A DNA stretch of 31,915 nt from Candidatus Muiribacteriota bacterium (GCA_051747805.1 JBNJGP010000028.1:1-31915); one strand, 5' to 3'. Numbered from the stretch's first letter, positions 9,246-19,500 are shown. Notes: generated from the letters alone by a model not told the origin. Numbers and translations are program-made.

Positions 9246-9539
9246 TCATGCATCTGCTTCGACAAAATTTTCCTGTGTATCATTATTACATATTTCGTTA
9301 AATTTTTCAAGTACTGTATTCTGAATATTTTCTCTTACCTCAGTTACCAGTGGATGAGCAGTATCTTTAAACTCACCATTTGACATTTTTTTAGAAGGCA
9401 TTGCCACAAAAGGGCCTTTTTTTCCTTCAATTATTTTAAGGTCATGAATAACAAAAATATCATCAAAAGTAATTGATACATATGCTTTTAACTTTCCGTC
9501 TCCGTTAACTTTTCTTATTCTTACATCAGTTATTTCCAC
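9246..9539 (-). CDS. spoVG: SpoVG family nucleic-acid-binding regulator
   Basis: MEITDVRIRKV...KLKAYVSITFDDIFVIHDLKIIEG...FVAMPSKK...GEFKDTAHP. GTG start with AGGAGG. Confidence 0.96.
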   Translation of the reverse strand: MEITDVRIRKVNGDGKLKAYVSITFDDIFVIHDLKIIEGKKGPFVAMPSKKMSNGEFKDTAHPLVTEVRENIQNTVLEKFNEICNNDTQENFVEADA

Positions 9540-9645
9540 ATTATCCTCCTGTTTCTTCCTTACAGTTAAATGAACCCATTATTTTCAAAACCCGGATTCT
9601 ATATACTATCTTTTACTAAAAGATTTTGCTTTTGTCAAATTTTTT

Positions 9646-10560
9646 TTAAAGATTAAGACTTTCGGTAATTTCAACCATTTTTTTTATCGGGTAATATGCT
9701 TTTTTCATTATGTTTTCATCAAGAACAATTTCATTATAACCTTTTTCCATACAGTCTGAAATATTTTGAAGGGTTATTTTTTTCATGTTCCTGCATATCA
9801 TGTCATTGCTGACTGGTTGTACATTTTTATTAAACTTTTTCATCGATCTTATTACACCTGTTTCTGTGCCGGAAAATACTTTCTTATCAGGATTTTTCTC
9901 GCAATATTTAACCATTGATGAAGTAGACATAATGCCGTCTGCTTTTTGGAGAACTTCCGGACGGCACTCTGGATGAACTAAAATACAGCTTTCTTTTTCT
10001 TTTTTTCTTATCAAATCTAAAATTTCCGGTTCCAGATTTTCATGAACACAGCAATATCCAGGCCAAATAATAAGTTTTCGTCCTGTAACTTTCTGAACAT
10101 AATTACCTAAATTCTTGTCCGGGACAAATAATATATTCTCATACTTATCTGGAATACTTTCAACTATAGGAGCAGCATTACGTGAAGTAACACAAACATC
10201 ACTTTCAGCCTTTACCTCGGCGCTTGAGTTCACATAACATACTACATATAAATTTTTATATTTCTTCCTCATCTCCTCAACATCTTTACCAGTGACCATA
10301 TCCGCAAGAGGACATCCCGAATCTCGATTTCCAAGATAAACTTTTTTATCTGGATTTAAAATTTTAGCCGTCTCTGCCATAAATTTCACACCTGCAAAAA
10401 CAATAGAATCCGCCTCGGTATTCATAGCCTCACGTGCAAGCCCATAAGAATCCCCTATATAATCAACAATTTCCTGAACTTCTTCCCTGAGATAATAATG
10501 CCCAAGTAAAACTATGTTTTTTTCCTTTTTTAACTCATTAATTTTTTTTATTATTTGCAT
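9646..10560 (-). CDS. nadA: Quinolinate synthase A
   Basis: GDSYGLA, FMAETAKILNP, YVNSSAEVKA, HPEC, and three Fe-S cysteines (GCPLAD, YCCVH, ICRNMK). ATG at 10560 after GAGGAG. Confidence 0.95.
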   Translation of the reverse strand: MQIIKKINELKKEKNIVLLGHYYLREEVQEIVDYIGDSYGLAREAMNTEADSIVFAGVKFMAETAKILNPDKKVYLGNRDSGCPLADMVTGKDVEEMRKKYKNLYVVCYVNSSAEVKAESDVCVTSRNAAPIVESIPDKYENILFVPDKNLGNYVQKVTGRKLIIWPGYCCVHENLEPEILDLIRKKEKESCILVHPECRPEVLQKADGIMSTSSMVKYCEKNPDKKVFSGTETGVIRSMKKFNKNVQPVSNDMICRNMKKITLQNISDCMEKGYNEIVLDENIMKKAYYPIKKMVEITESLNL

Positions 10561-10561
10561 T

Positions 10562-11410
10562 TCAAAAATTCTCCTCACTCAGTTTAAAATTATCTATTAA
10601 ACGTGTTTTACCACAGAAAAAAGCAAGAAACAACCGGGAATCAGGGTTAAGAAAATCTTCATGACTGAGGTTATTCTCATTTTTTATTTCTATATAATCA
10701 ACTTTCATAATATTAGTATCCATATTCTGTTTTAAAAAATTTTTTATTTTTTTTTGAATTTCAGAAAAACTCATTCCATTTCTATACTCATTACAAACAT
10801 ATTTCCCGAGTTTGAAAAGAAGGGTTGCATGTTTTCTTTCTTCTTTATTAAGAAGTTTATTTCTTGAACTCATTGCCAGTCCATCTTTTTCACGAATAGT
10901 TCTTCCTGATTTAATGTTAATATTAAAATTCAAATCCTTAACAAGTTTTTTTATTATTAAAAGCTGCTGATAGTCTTTTTGACCAAAATATGCGGTATCC
11001 GGTTCAACAATATTAAATAATTTAGCCACGACGGTTAAAACTCCCTGAAAATGTCCGGGTCTTTTTTCACCGCATAATACATCTGAATACTCTTTTATAT
11101 TAATAAAAACTTTCTGATTATGGTAAATTTCATCTTCCACTGGCCAGAAAACAAAATCACATCCAAGTTCTTTTAACTTATTACAGTCTTTATCAAAATT
11201 CCGGGGATATTTTTGAAAATCCTCATCAGGCCCAAATTGAGCAGGATTAACAAAAATACTGACAAAAGTAACTTCATTTTCTGAAATAGACTTTTTTACA
11301 AGGGCTAAATGTCCTTCATGTAAATAACCCATTGTAGGAACAAATCCTGCAGAACCATTAATAGATTTTCTAATTTTTTTTAATTCATTAATTTTTTTAA
11401 TAATTTTCAT
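10562..11410 (-). CDS. panC: Pantoate-beta-alanine ligase
   Basis: GFVPTMGYLHEGH, SIFVNPAQF, RPGHFQGV, FGQKDYQQ, DGLAMSSRN, RLIDN. Confidence 0.97.
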   Translation of the reverse strand: MKIIKKINELKKIRKSINGSAGFVPTMGYLHEGHLALVKKSISENEVTFVSIFVNPAQFGPDEDFQKYPRNFDKDCNKLKELGCDFVFWPVEDEIYHNQKVFINIKEYSDVLCGEKRPGHFQGVLTVVAKLFNIVEPDTAYFGQKDYQQLLIIKKLVKDLNFNINIKSGRTIREKDGLAMSSRNKLLNKEERKHATLLFKLGKYVCNEYRNGMSFSEIQKKIKNFLKQNMDTNIMKVDYIEIKNENNLSHEDFLNPDSRLFLAFFCGKTRLIDNFKLSEENF

Positions 11411-12204
11411 TTTAAAATATTATCTTTATACGGAAATGAACCGTTTCTAGTCTCCTTTGCATATTTAGAAACAGCTCCTTTAATCATATATCCAACTTCA
11501 GCATATTTTTTAACAAATTTTAATTTTTGCTCAGACATTCCAAGCATATCCTGCAAAACTAGAACCTGTCCATCACAATTTTTACCTGCCCCTATGCCAA
11601 TAGTTGGAATAATAATGCTTTCTGTAATTTTTTTTGCTAAAACCTGTGGAATGCACTCAAGAACAATAGAAAAGGCCCCTGCTTTTTGGAGAATCTGAGA
11701 ATCCTTTAATATTTTTTCACCTTCCTCTTTCTGTTTACCTCTTAAACCAAATTTACCAAACGCATTAATTGACTGAGGGGTTAATCCAAGATGACCCATA
11801 ACAGGTATTCCACATGCTGAAATAGCCTTAACGTGCTGTTCAAAAAACTCCCCGCCTTCCAGTTTAACAGCGTTTGCCTTTCCATACTTTATCAACTTTC
11901 CAGCATTTTTCACGGCCTCTTTGACAGAAATCTGATAGGACATAAAAGGCATATCGGCAACAATAAAAATATCAGGTGCCCCTTTTCTTACCGCTCTTGA
12001 ATGATAGATAATATCATCAACTTCTGTTTGTATAGTAGTATCTTCACCCTTTATAACATTGGCCAGCGAGTCTCCAATTAACAGCATATCAATTTTTTCA
12101 TCAGCCTCCTGAAGTAATCTGGCACTTGTATAATCATAACAGGTAAGCATAACAAGTTTTTCATTAATTTCTTTTAATTTTTTCATTTTTTTAATAGTTA
12201 TCAT
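11407..12204 (-). CDS. panB: 3-methyl-2-oxobutanoate hydroxymethyltransferase
   Basis: MLTCYD, LIGDSL, ADMPFMSY, VKLEGG, GHLGLTPQS, TIGIGAG, DGQVLV. Start at ATG 12204 or TTG 12213. Confidence 0.97.
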   Translation of the reverse strand: MITIKKMKKLKEINEKLVMLTCYDYTSARLLQEADEKIDMLLIGDSLANVIKGEDTTIQTEVDDIIYHSRAVRKGAPDIFIVADMPFMSYQISVKEAVKNAGKLIKYGKANAVKLEGGEFFEQHVKAISACGIPVMGHLGLTPQSINAFGKFGLRGKQKEEGEKILKDSQILQKAGAFSIVLECIPQVLAKKITESIIIPTIGIGAGKNCDGQVLVLQDMLGMSEQKLKFVKKYAEVGYMIKGAVSKYAKETRNGSFPYKDNILK

Positions 12205-13054
12205 TTTTTTCAATATCCCTGTGTTTAATATATAATCTGTATCCTTCTTTTTTTAATCTGTCTCCAAGATGTTCGGCAAGCGTAACCGAACGATGTTTGC
12301 CCCCAGTGCATCCAAATGCTATATGCAGCTGCTTTTTTCCTTCTTTTATATGAAGTGGCAGCACAAAATCAATCAAATCATTGATTTTTTCTACAAACCT
12401 GCGCGTGTTAGGCCACATTAAAACATAATTTTCAACTTTTTTATCAAGCCCTGTTTTTTTCTTCAGTGACTCAACATAATGCGGATTAGGAAGAAACCTT
12501 ACATCAAAAACAATATCTGCATCTTTTACCATACCATACTTATATCCAAACGAGGAAATATTAACGGCAATATCTTTAAGCATTGCTTTCTCATCAATTC
12601 CAATTAAAATTTTTTCTCTTAACTCCTTCACACTGGTTTCTGTAGTGTCTATTATTACATCCGCACGTTCTTTTACCGGTTTTAAAATTTTTCTTTCTTC
12701 TTCTAAACCTTCTAATATATTACATTGGGCTCCAAGAGGGTGAGTTCTACGGGATTCTTTAAACCTGCTGATTATTACATCATCATTGGCATCCAGAAAA
12801 ATAATTTTATAATTAATCTCATATATTTGAATTTTCTCAAGCATTGATTCAAAATTATCAAAAAAATTCCTGCCCCGTATATCAATAACAAGAGCCAGCT
12901 TATCAAAATCTTTTGCCGAAATTGAAAGGTCTAAAAATTTATCAAAAAGCGGAAAAGGAAGGTTATCAACACAAAAATAACCCGCATCTTCAATTATTTT
13001 AATTGCCTGACTTTTACCGGCGCCTGAAATTCCGGACACTATAAGCATTTTCAT
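12191..13054 (-). CDS. rapZ: RNase adapter RapZ (YvcJ/YhbJ family)
   Basis: Walker A GISGAGKS, CVDNLP, RRTHPL, SFGYKYG, DVRFLPNPH, GCTGGKHRSV. Confidence 0.96.
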   Translation of the reverse strand: MKMLIVSGISGAGKSQAIKIIEDAGYFCVDNLPFPLFDKFLDLSISAKDFDKLALVIDIRGRNFFDNFESMLEKIQIYEINYKIIFLDANDDVIISRFKESRRTHPLGAQCNILEGLEEERKILKPVKERADVIIDTTETSVKELREKILIGIDEKAMLKDIAVNISSFGYKYGMVKDADIVFDVRFLPNPHYVESLKKKTGLDKKVENYVLMWPNTRRFVEKINDLIDFVLPLHIKEGKKQLHIAFGCTGGKHRSVTLAEHLGDRLKKEGYRLYIKHRDIEKNDNY

Positions 13055-13078
13055 AAATTCCTCTTTTATTAAATTGAA

Positions 13079-13504
13079 TCAGTCTGTATAGGTATCAACC
13101 AGCATTCCTCTGACATCTTCCATTTTATTAATAACATAAAGCACATCCTGTTCCTGTAGAACTTTACGTGTCATTACATCCAGCTCGGCATTAATGGACT
13201 TAATAAGATAAATCTTTTTTTTACCAAGCATATTTTTCCCTGTTGCTTTTTTCATACTGTTATTTTTTTCCAGTATTGTATCGATAAGCCTTTTTACACT
13301 TTTTTTATATTTTTCAAAAGAAATAAAGGACCTTTCTTCTTTAAGCTCATTACTATTTTTATCAACTTCTTTCAGCAGTTTTTCAATATTATTTTTATCT
13401 TCTTCTAATCCCTTAGAAAAAATACCTGAAAAAATTCCCTTTTCTGTTTTCTTTTTTTTCTTTTTATCCACAGGCTTTGTATCAGTATTAAAATTTACAA
13501 GCAT
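13079..13504 (-). CDS. YaaR/DUF327-family protein
   Basis: FEKYKKSVKRLI and C-terminal EDVRGMLVD resemble DUF327. Position after tmk matches the Bacillus tmk-yaaQ-yaaR order. Confidence 0.7.
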   Translation of the reverse strand: MLVNFNTDTKPVDKKKKKKTEKGIFSGIFSKGLEEDKNNIEKLLKEVDKNSNELKEERSFISFEKYKKSVKRLIDTILEKNNSMKKATGKNMLGKKKIYLIKSINAELDVMTRKVLQEQDVLYVINKMEDVRGMLVDTYTD

Positions 13505-14099
13505 TTTTCACCTCTTCCCAGATAATATTATGTATATCCTCCTGGTTTCCTGAACCATCAACCTTAATAAATTTATCTGAAAATTTACCTGCAATTTCCA
13601 GATAACCATTTCTTATTTTTTCATGAAAATCTATATGCTCTTTTTCGATTCTGTCTTTCTCTCTTCCCGAACCAGCTATTCTTTTTAACCCTTCGTCAAC
13701 TTTAAGGTCAATTAAAAAAATTAAATCTGGCTCTACATTATCTATTGCCAGATTCATAATATTATAGATAAGCTCTAATTCTATTCCCCTTCCATAACCC
13801 TGATAGGCTATAGTTGAATGATAATATCTATCCGAAATAACTATATCGCCTCTATGGAGGGCAGGCTGTATAACTTTCCTTACATGTTCAGCTCTATCGG
13901 CCGCATATAAAAAAAGTTCTGCCCTTTCACACATTTTCTCAGAATCAAGGAGTATTTTACGAACCCCCTTACCAAAGGGTGTTCCTCCAGGCTCAAAAGT
14001 TCTTATATATTTTTTTTTCAAGTTCTTCAGCTTCGAGGTAAGCAAATCTATCTGAGTGGATTTCCCACTTCCTTCTGGTCCTTCAAAAGTGATAAACAT
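13488..14099 (-). CDS. tmk: Thymidylate kinase
   Basis: FITFEGPEGSGKSTQ, EPGGT, LFLYAADRAEH, SDRYYHSTIAYQGYGRG. Confidence 0.97.
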   Translation of the reverse strand: MFITFEGPEGSGKSTQIDLLTSKLKNLKKKYIRTFEPGGTPFGKGVRKILLDSEKMCERAELFLYAADRAEHVRKVIQPALHRGDIVISDRYYHSTIAYQGYGRGIELELIYNIMNLAIDNVEPDLIFLIDLKVDEGLKRIAGSGREKDRIEKEHIDFHEKIRNGYLEIAGKFSDKFIKVDGSGNQEDIHNIIWEEVKNACKF

Positions 14100-15769
14100 T
14101 ACATTTTCTCCGGTATTTTTATTCCCATAAGCGAAAAACCTCTCTCAAGGTTCTGTAATACGCATTTTATAAAAAAGAGATTTGCCTGAGTCTGCTCTTT
14201 ATTATTCGTAATAACCCTTACCTTATTGTAAAATACATTGAAACTTCTTGCAACTTCAATTAAATATCCTGTAAATATATATGGTTGCATTTTTTCTATT
14301 GCTACATCAACTCTACTGGTAAAATCATTAATTAATTTCAGAAGCTTAATAAAATCAGAATTTTTAAAAAAAGGATTATTTTTATCAAACTCGATAGGAT
14401 AATCCTCTGCCTTTTTTAAAATACTTTTTATTCTAACAGCAGTATATTGAATATATGGAGCAGTTTCGCCGTTAAAATCAAGTATTTTATTAAAATTAAA
14501 CTCCGGATCTTTATTTCTATCAGCATAATTATCATTAAATATAATTGCCCCGGTTCCAACTTCCTGTGCTATTTTTTGGGTTTTTTCCTTTTTATATTCT
14601 CTTTTTTTTATTATTGAATAAGCTTTTCTATATGCTTCATCTAGTACATCTTCCATGAATATAATATTTCCTTTTCTTGTTGACATTTTTTCATCAGAAA
14701 ATCTGTATAGTCCAAACCCTACATGCCGCATTTTGCCTTTTGCCTCCGGTTTTATCTTTTGCACAATATTAAAAATTTGTTTAAAATGCAGCGACTGTTC
14801 ATTTCCTGTAACATAGACTATTTCATCGGCCTGCATTTTTTCAAATCTATACAAAGCGGCGGTAATATCACGAAGAGCATATAAAGAGGTTCCATCACTT
14901 TTTTTTATAAGGCATGGTGGCATATTATTAAACTCCACAATAAAAGCCCCCTCACTTTTTTTCAACAGTCCCTTTTCCTGCATTCTAATGACAGTTTCAC
15001 TCATATAGGGCTCATAAAAGCTTTCTCCCAAATATTTATCAAACTTTACTCCAAGTCTATTATAAATAATTTTAAGACCAGAGATTGAATATTTAACAAG
15101 TTTTTCCCATTTTTTTATAAATTCTTTGTTATTTTTTTCAAGCATGCCGAATATATTCCTTGCCTCTTTTTCAAGTTCAGGATTAATTTTTGCCTCTTCA
15201 TGAAATTTCACATATAGTTTAAATAATGTATCAACAGAGTTTTCTTTCACTTCTTCCCAGCTTGACCATTTTTCAACAGCATAAATAAGCTTGCCACACG
15301 GGGTACCCCAGTCCCCGAGGTGGTTAACCCTGACAACTTCAGCTCCTCGATATTCTAGAAAGTTAGAGAGAATGTTTCCGATTATTGTCGACCTTAAATG
15401 TGCAATGCTCAGTGGTTTTGCAATGTTTGGAGATGAGTAATCAATTACAACTTTTTTATTTACCATGGGGGAAATTTTACTTTGTTTATTAATATTACGC
15501 CATAAACTATCAATCAGCTTATCATCCGAGATAAAAATGTTTAAATACCCTTTTACAAACTCCACTTTAGAAACTTCATCAATTTTTAAAATTTCAGGTT
15601 TGATAATTTCAGCAATTTTATCGGGGGAACATTTCTGTATCGCAGCCAGCGGAAACAGTATAACAGACAAATCTCCAAAACTTTTATCTTTCTGTTTTTT
15701 TATTATGGCCTTATCAGTATCAAATTTACTTTTTATTAATTTTTCTATAGCCGAAATAGTTTTTTGCAT
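14099..15769 (-). CDS. argS: Arginine-tRNA ligase
   Basis: IDYSSPNIAKPLSIAHLRST, NHLGDWG, KSDGTSLY, KMSTRKG, GETAPYIQY, C-terminal PEKM. Confidence 0.96.
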   Translation of the reverse strand: MQKTISAIEKLIKSKFDTDKAIIKKQKDKSFGDLSVILFPLAAIQKCSPDKIAEIIKPEILKIDEVSKVEFVKGYLNIFISDDKLIDSLWRNINKQSKISPMVNKKVVIDYSSPNIAKPLSIAHLRSTIIGNILSNFLEYRGAEVVRVNHLGDWGTPCGKLIYAVEKWSSWEEVKENSVDTLFKLYVKFHEEAKINPELEKEARNIFGMLEKNNKEFIKKWEKLVKYSISGLKIIYNRLGVKFDKYLGESFYEPYMSETVIRMQEKGLLKKSEGAFIVEFNNMPPCLIKKSDGTSLYALRDITAALYRFEKMQADEIVYVTGNEQSLHFKQIFNIVQKIKPEAKGKMRHVGFGLYRFSDEKMSTRKGNIIFMEDVLDEAYRKAYSIIKKREYKKEKTQKIAQEVGTGAIIFNDNYADRNKDPEFNFNKILDFNGETAPYIQYTAVRIKSILKKAEDYPIEFDKNNPFFKNSDFIKLLKLINDFTSRVDVAIEKMQPYIFTGYLIEVARSFNVFYNKVRVITNNKEQTQANLFFIKCVLQNLERGFSLMGIKIPEKM

Positions 15770-15812
15770 TTAAATACTCCTGTTTTATTATTCTGAAATT
15801 AATCAGCAAATA

Positions 15813-16877
15813 TTAATTTTTTGCCCTTATAACAAGTATAAGTCCGATTACAATAAAAATTGTATTTGGAAGCCATGCTCCTGCAAAAGGACTTATCTGA
15901 CCATTTGTTCCCAAAACCCTTCCAATACTCATAAATACATAATATAAAAAAATTATTATAATTGAGAGACCCATTCCCAGAGATTTGCCAGCTTTTACTG
16001 GAGTAAGCGCAAGCGGAGCACCAATTAGAATAAACACAATTGAAGCAAAAGGCAATGCGGTTTTTGTATAAAGCTCAAAACGAAGTTTTCTCGTATCAAT
16101 TCGGGCTTTTTCATAACTTTCTATTTGCTCGCGCAATTCAAAAAAATTCATATCGCGACTTTCTTTTCCAGACGTTTTAATTTCACGCTCAATAAATACA
16201 GGGGAAATCATTTCAGCAAAATCAATTCTACGGAAATTCTGCCCTCTTCTTCCAAAATTATATATGTTTCCATTATTAAAAATCCAGTTTTTTTCATCAA
16301 ACCCAGTAGTTTCGGCAACAATCAGCACCGGAAAATTCTTATTTGTTTCAAAAAGATAGTTGTTTATAAACTTCCCGTTTTCTGAAGCCGAGGAAAAAAA
16401 AACGTTTTTATCCCCGATTAAATTAAAATCCCCAGTTTTAATTTCGGGCAGCGCCTTTTTTCCAACCAGCATATTGTATATTTCTCTTGAACGTCTGTGG
16501 GCTCTTGGAACAATTGTTTCGCTTATAAAAAAAGAAAAAAGTGTTAAAAAGAACCCAATAATAATAAATGGTATTAGAATACGATAAAAAGATACCCCAC
16601 CTGCCTTAAGAGAAATAAGCTCACTGTTACCGGAAAAGTTCCCAATAACCATTAATGTAGCAAAAAGAACAGACATTGGTATTACAAGAATAAGCAAAGC
16701 AGGAATATTATAACTGAAAAGTTTTAAAATATTCATAATCTGAACATTCCTGGTAATAAATAAATCAACAAGTGTCATTAAAATATCAACAAGAAAAATG
16801 GTAATATAAACAAATAATCCAAAAAAAAATGGATTAAAGAACTCTTTTAAAATATACTTATCTATAACTTTAATCAT
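15813..16877 (-). CDS. LptF/LptG family LPS export permease
   Basis: IDKYILKEF, SELISLKAGGVS, three TM + periplasmic domain + three TM layout, and AWLPN. Confidence 0.92.
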   Translation of the reverse strand: MIKVIDKYILKEFFNPFFFGLFVYITIFLVDILMTLVDLFITRNVQIMNILKLFSYNIPALLILVIPMSVLFATLMVIGNFSGNSELISLKAGGVSFYRILIPFIIIGFFLTLFSFFISETIVPRAHRRSREIYNMLVGKKALPEIKTGDFNLIGDKNVFFSSASENGKFINNYLFETNKNFPVLIVAETTGFDEKNWIFNNGNIYNFGRRGQNFRRIDFAEMISPVFIEREIKTSGKESRDMNFFELREQIESYEKARIDTRKLRFELYTKTALPFASIVFILIGAPLALTPVKAGKSLGMGLSIIIIFLYYVFMSIGRVLGTNGQISPFAGAWLPNTIFIVIGLILVIRAKN

Positions 16878-17290
16878 AATCTGGAAATTTCTAATTCTGC
16901 ATCTTTAGCCCTTGCAGTTTCAGGATATCTGTGAATAATTTCCATAAAATTATCCCTGGCCTCATTTTTTTCGCCTTTCTTCAAATGGGCAAGGCCCGAA
17001 TTAAACAAGGCACTGTCCTCAAGATAATTTCTATTTTCCATTTCAATTATTTTACTATAATAATTAATAGCTTCCTGATAATCTTTAAGATCAAAAAGAT
17101 AAATATTTCCAATCATATATAGAGTCGCTGATTTTTCCTGAATATCCTCATTGTTTTCTAAAACTTTCAAAAGTTTTTTCACTTTATTTTCTGCTCTTTT
17201 TTCCATAAAGAAACTCAAAATTTCTTTAAGCTTGAAAGTAATTACAATAAAGAAAAATACCAGGATAAAAAATTTTGTTTTAGTTTTCAT
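16874..17290 (-). CDS. Small membrane-anchored TPR protein (CpoB/BamD-like repeats)
   Basis: N-terminal hydrophobic anchor. TPRs LYMIGNIY...YQEAINYY and ALFNSGLAHLKKGEKNEARDNF...YPET. ATG at 17290 after GAGG. Confidence 0.75.
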   Translation of the reverse strand: MKTKTKFFILVFFFIVITFKLKEILSFFMEKRAENKVKKLLKVLENNEDIQEKSATLYMIGNIYLFDLKDYQEAINYYSKIIEMENRNYLEDSALFNSGLAHLKKGEKNEARDNFMEIIHRYPETARAKDAELEISRL

Positions 17291-17292
17291 AA

Positions 17293-18396
17293 TCAACCTC
17301 TCAACGGCATTACAATATAAATATAATTTGAATTATTTTCTTCTCTTAAAACTGCCGGTCTTGTCGGCCCATTAAAATCAACAATAATATTATCTGTCTC
17401 AATTACATCTACAACATTTATAAGATAATCTATATTAAAACTTATTTCAGCATTATCACCTTCAGCTTCAACATTAATACTGGTTTCAAAATTCCCCTGT
17501 TCTTCAGCAGAAGCTGTAACAGAAAAATTATTATCAGAAATCTTTAAAATAACAGATTTAATACTTGCAGCATTAGCAACCGGTTTAGCCATTTTTAATA
17601 TTTCTGAAAATTTAGAAGTGTTAATTTTAAATCTTGTGTCAACCCCCTCAGGAATAATGCTTAAATAATCAGGGAATTCATCTTCGAGAAGTTTAGAATA
17701 AAAAACAGTATTTTCAAAAGAAAAAACAATCTGATTTTCCTGTTCTGTTAAAATTAAATTAACTTCATCAAATTTATCACATAAATTACTAACTTCCTTT
17801 ATAGTATCTGAAGGCACTGTAAAACTGAACTCAGCCTCACTCTGCATAGGATATTTTATATAGGCCAGTCTTCTTACGTCGGTTCCGGCTACATGCAGAT
17901 TGTTTTGCATAAGCTTTATATTTAATCCAGCCAGATGAAGTCTGGTAGTTTTATCAGAAGAAGAGGCAAAAACGGTTTTCTTTATAAGCTTTTTTAATAC
18001 AGAAGTCTTTAGTTTAATTGAATTTTTTTCTGAAAATTCAGGTGGTTTTGGAAAAGTATCAGATTTTAGCGAGGCAAATTTAAACTTTGTCTGATTTGTA
18101 ACTATCTCAACAAACTCTCCCCTGGATTCACAGTTTATAACACAGTCCCCGGGAAGATTTGAAACTGTATCAAATAAAAATTTAAAAGGAAGAATAAGCT
18201 CTCCTTCAAGCTCGGTTTGTGCCTCTATTTCAAGTTTAATAGTATTTTCAAGGTCAGTTCCTATTAGTTGAAGTTTATTATTGGCACATTTAAGACAAAA
18301 ATTCTGAACAACCGGCATAGCGCTTGTAGCTGGAATAACACCTTTGAGGCAGCTCAAGGCCTCATAAAATTTTGATTTAACAATACTGAATTTCAC
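17293..18396 (-). CDS. dnaN: DNA polymerase III beta clamp
   Basis: 367 aa; GTDLE, GTDVRRLA, LLEDEFPDY, ISFNIDYL and C-terminal VMPLR. GTG start with AAGGAGG. Confidence 0.93.
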   Translation of the reverse strand: MKFSIVKSKFYEALSCLKGVIPATSAMPVVQNFCLKCANNKLQLIGTDLENTIKLEIEAQTELEGELILPFKFLFDTVSNLPGDCVINCESRGEFVEIVTNQTKFKFASLKSDTFPKPPEFSEKNSIKLKTSVLKKLIKKTVFASSSDKTTRLHLAGLNIKLMQNNLHVAGTDVRRLAYIKYPMQSEAEFSFTVPSDTIKEVSNLCDKFDEVNLILTEQENQIVFSFENTVFYSKLLEDEFPDYLSIIPEGVDTRFKINTSKFSEILKMAKPVANAASIKSVILKISDNNFSVTASAEEQGNFETSINVEAEGDNAEISFNIDYLINVVDVIETDNIIVDFNGPTRPAVLREENNSNYIYIVMPLRG

Positions 18397-18445
18397 CTTT
18401 ATTTCCTCCTTAACCTTTTAAATACATTTTCAATGGGTAAAAAGC

Positions 18446-19498
18446 TTAACCGTCAGTAAGCCTGTTTAAAAAAAGCACTTCGCCTTTTAAAGTCATCACA
18501 TAAACTTTATCCGGACCTGTAACTTCAACGGCAACTCCTCCAACAATATTAAATAAATTTGATTCTATATTCAAGCTTTCTTTTTTAAAAACACCTTTAA
18601 TTATTCCCTCAGCACCTAAAAAGTAAATATTATTATCATACAGGGCAAAATCAATAAAACCAGACAGGTCAATTTTTTCCTTTTTCAAAAAATTAAACCC
18701 TCCATCTAAATCATTTATATAAAAATCAATATGGGTGCTCATTTTTTTTTCATAAACATCAATTAAATCAACATAACCATTGTTATTTAAATCCATAAAT
18801 AATATTTTACCCTTTACTTTTTCGTCTATAACTTTATTTCTTCGGTCAAGACCTGGAAATAGCCAGCTGAAAAAATAGGTTTTTTTTTCCAAGAATCCGT
18901 AAACAGGGTCATATTCTTCAGATATAACTCCGGCTATTCTATTTCGAAGTTTATCTGAATTAATCTCGTAAATTTCTTCTAATCTAAATTTATTTTCATT
19001 TTTGTACCCAAAATTAATACTGTTTTCATCTATAAAATAAATATAAAGTCCCTGATTAGAAATTACTGTAATATCCTTGTTCCCGTTAAAATTCATATCA
19101 ACTAAGCCTGTAAAAAAAATTTCTCCAATATTTTGCGAAGAAAAAGTCTCAACAAAAGAATTATTATCGATTTTAAAAACTTTGAAATGATTTGACATAC
19201 TAATTAAAAAACGGTCATTCCCTAAATAAAGCAGATCCTCGCCATAATGGATAAAAGGGTATGCCTCCTTAATATAAAAATAATCCTTATTTAAAATTGT
19301 ATGGGTGTGTTTTTTTGAATTCTCAAGATATAAATTTATAATATCTTCATCATAGCTTTTATTACTAATAGTTTGAATAAGCTTTTCAAAAGACTCCTCT
19401 ACATTATTTTTATTTTCCTCTACTTGCTCAAAATAGGAGATTGAATATGAACTAAGTGTAAAAAACAAAATAAGAAAGATTAAAATCTTTTTTAACAT
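18446..19498 (-). CDS. Secreted protein with FG-GAP/VCBS-like motifs
   Basis: Signal peptide MLKKILIFLILFFTLSSYS. Two DxNxNGxxD motifs (DMNFNGNKDI, DLNNNGYVDL). Confidence 0.7.
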   Translation of the reverse strand: MLKKILIFLILFFTLSSYSISYFEQVEENKNNVEESFEKLIQTISNKSYDEDIINLYLENSKKHTHTILNKDYFYIKEAYPFIHYGEDLLYLGNDRFLISMSNHFKVFKIDNNSFVETFSSQNIGEIFFTGLVDMNFNGNKDITVISNQGLYIYFIDENSINFGYKNENKFRLEEIYEINSDKLRNRIAGVISEEYDPVYGFLEKKTYFFSWLFPGLDRRNKVIDEKVKGKILFMDLNNNGYVDLIDVYEKKMSTHIDFYINDLDGGFNFLKKEKIDLSGFIDFALYDNNIYFLGAEGIIKGVFKKESLNIESNLFNIVGGVAVEVTGPDKVYVMTLKGEVLFLNRLTDG

Positions 19499-19500
19499 AG

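Noticed and set aside
9156..9383. 75-aa plus-strand ORF
   Set aside because: It is the antisense reading of tRNA-Gln and spoVG.
9610..9638. Sigma-70 promoter for spoVG (TTGACA-17-TAAAAG, minus strand)
   Set aside because: The -35 is perfect but the -10 lacks the conserved final T; plausible but not supportable as a feature.
13464..13472. Perfect DnaA box TTATCCACA
   Set aside because: It is a single copy inside the yaaR coding sequence, with no cluster or origin-like intergenic region.
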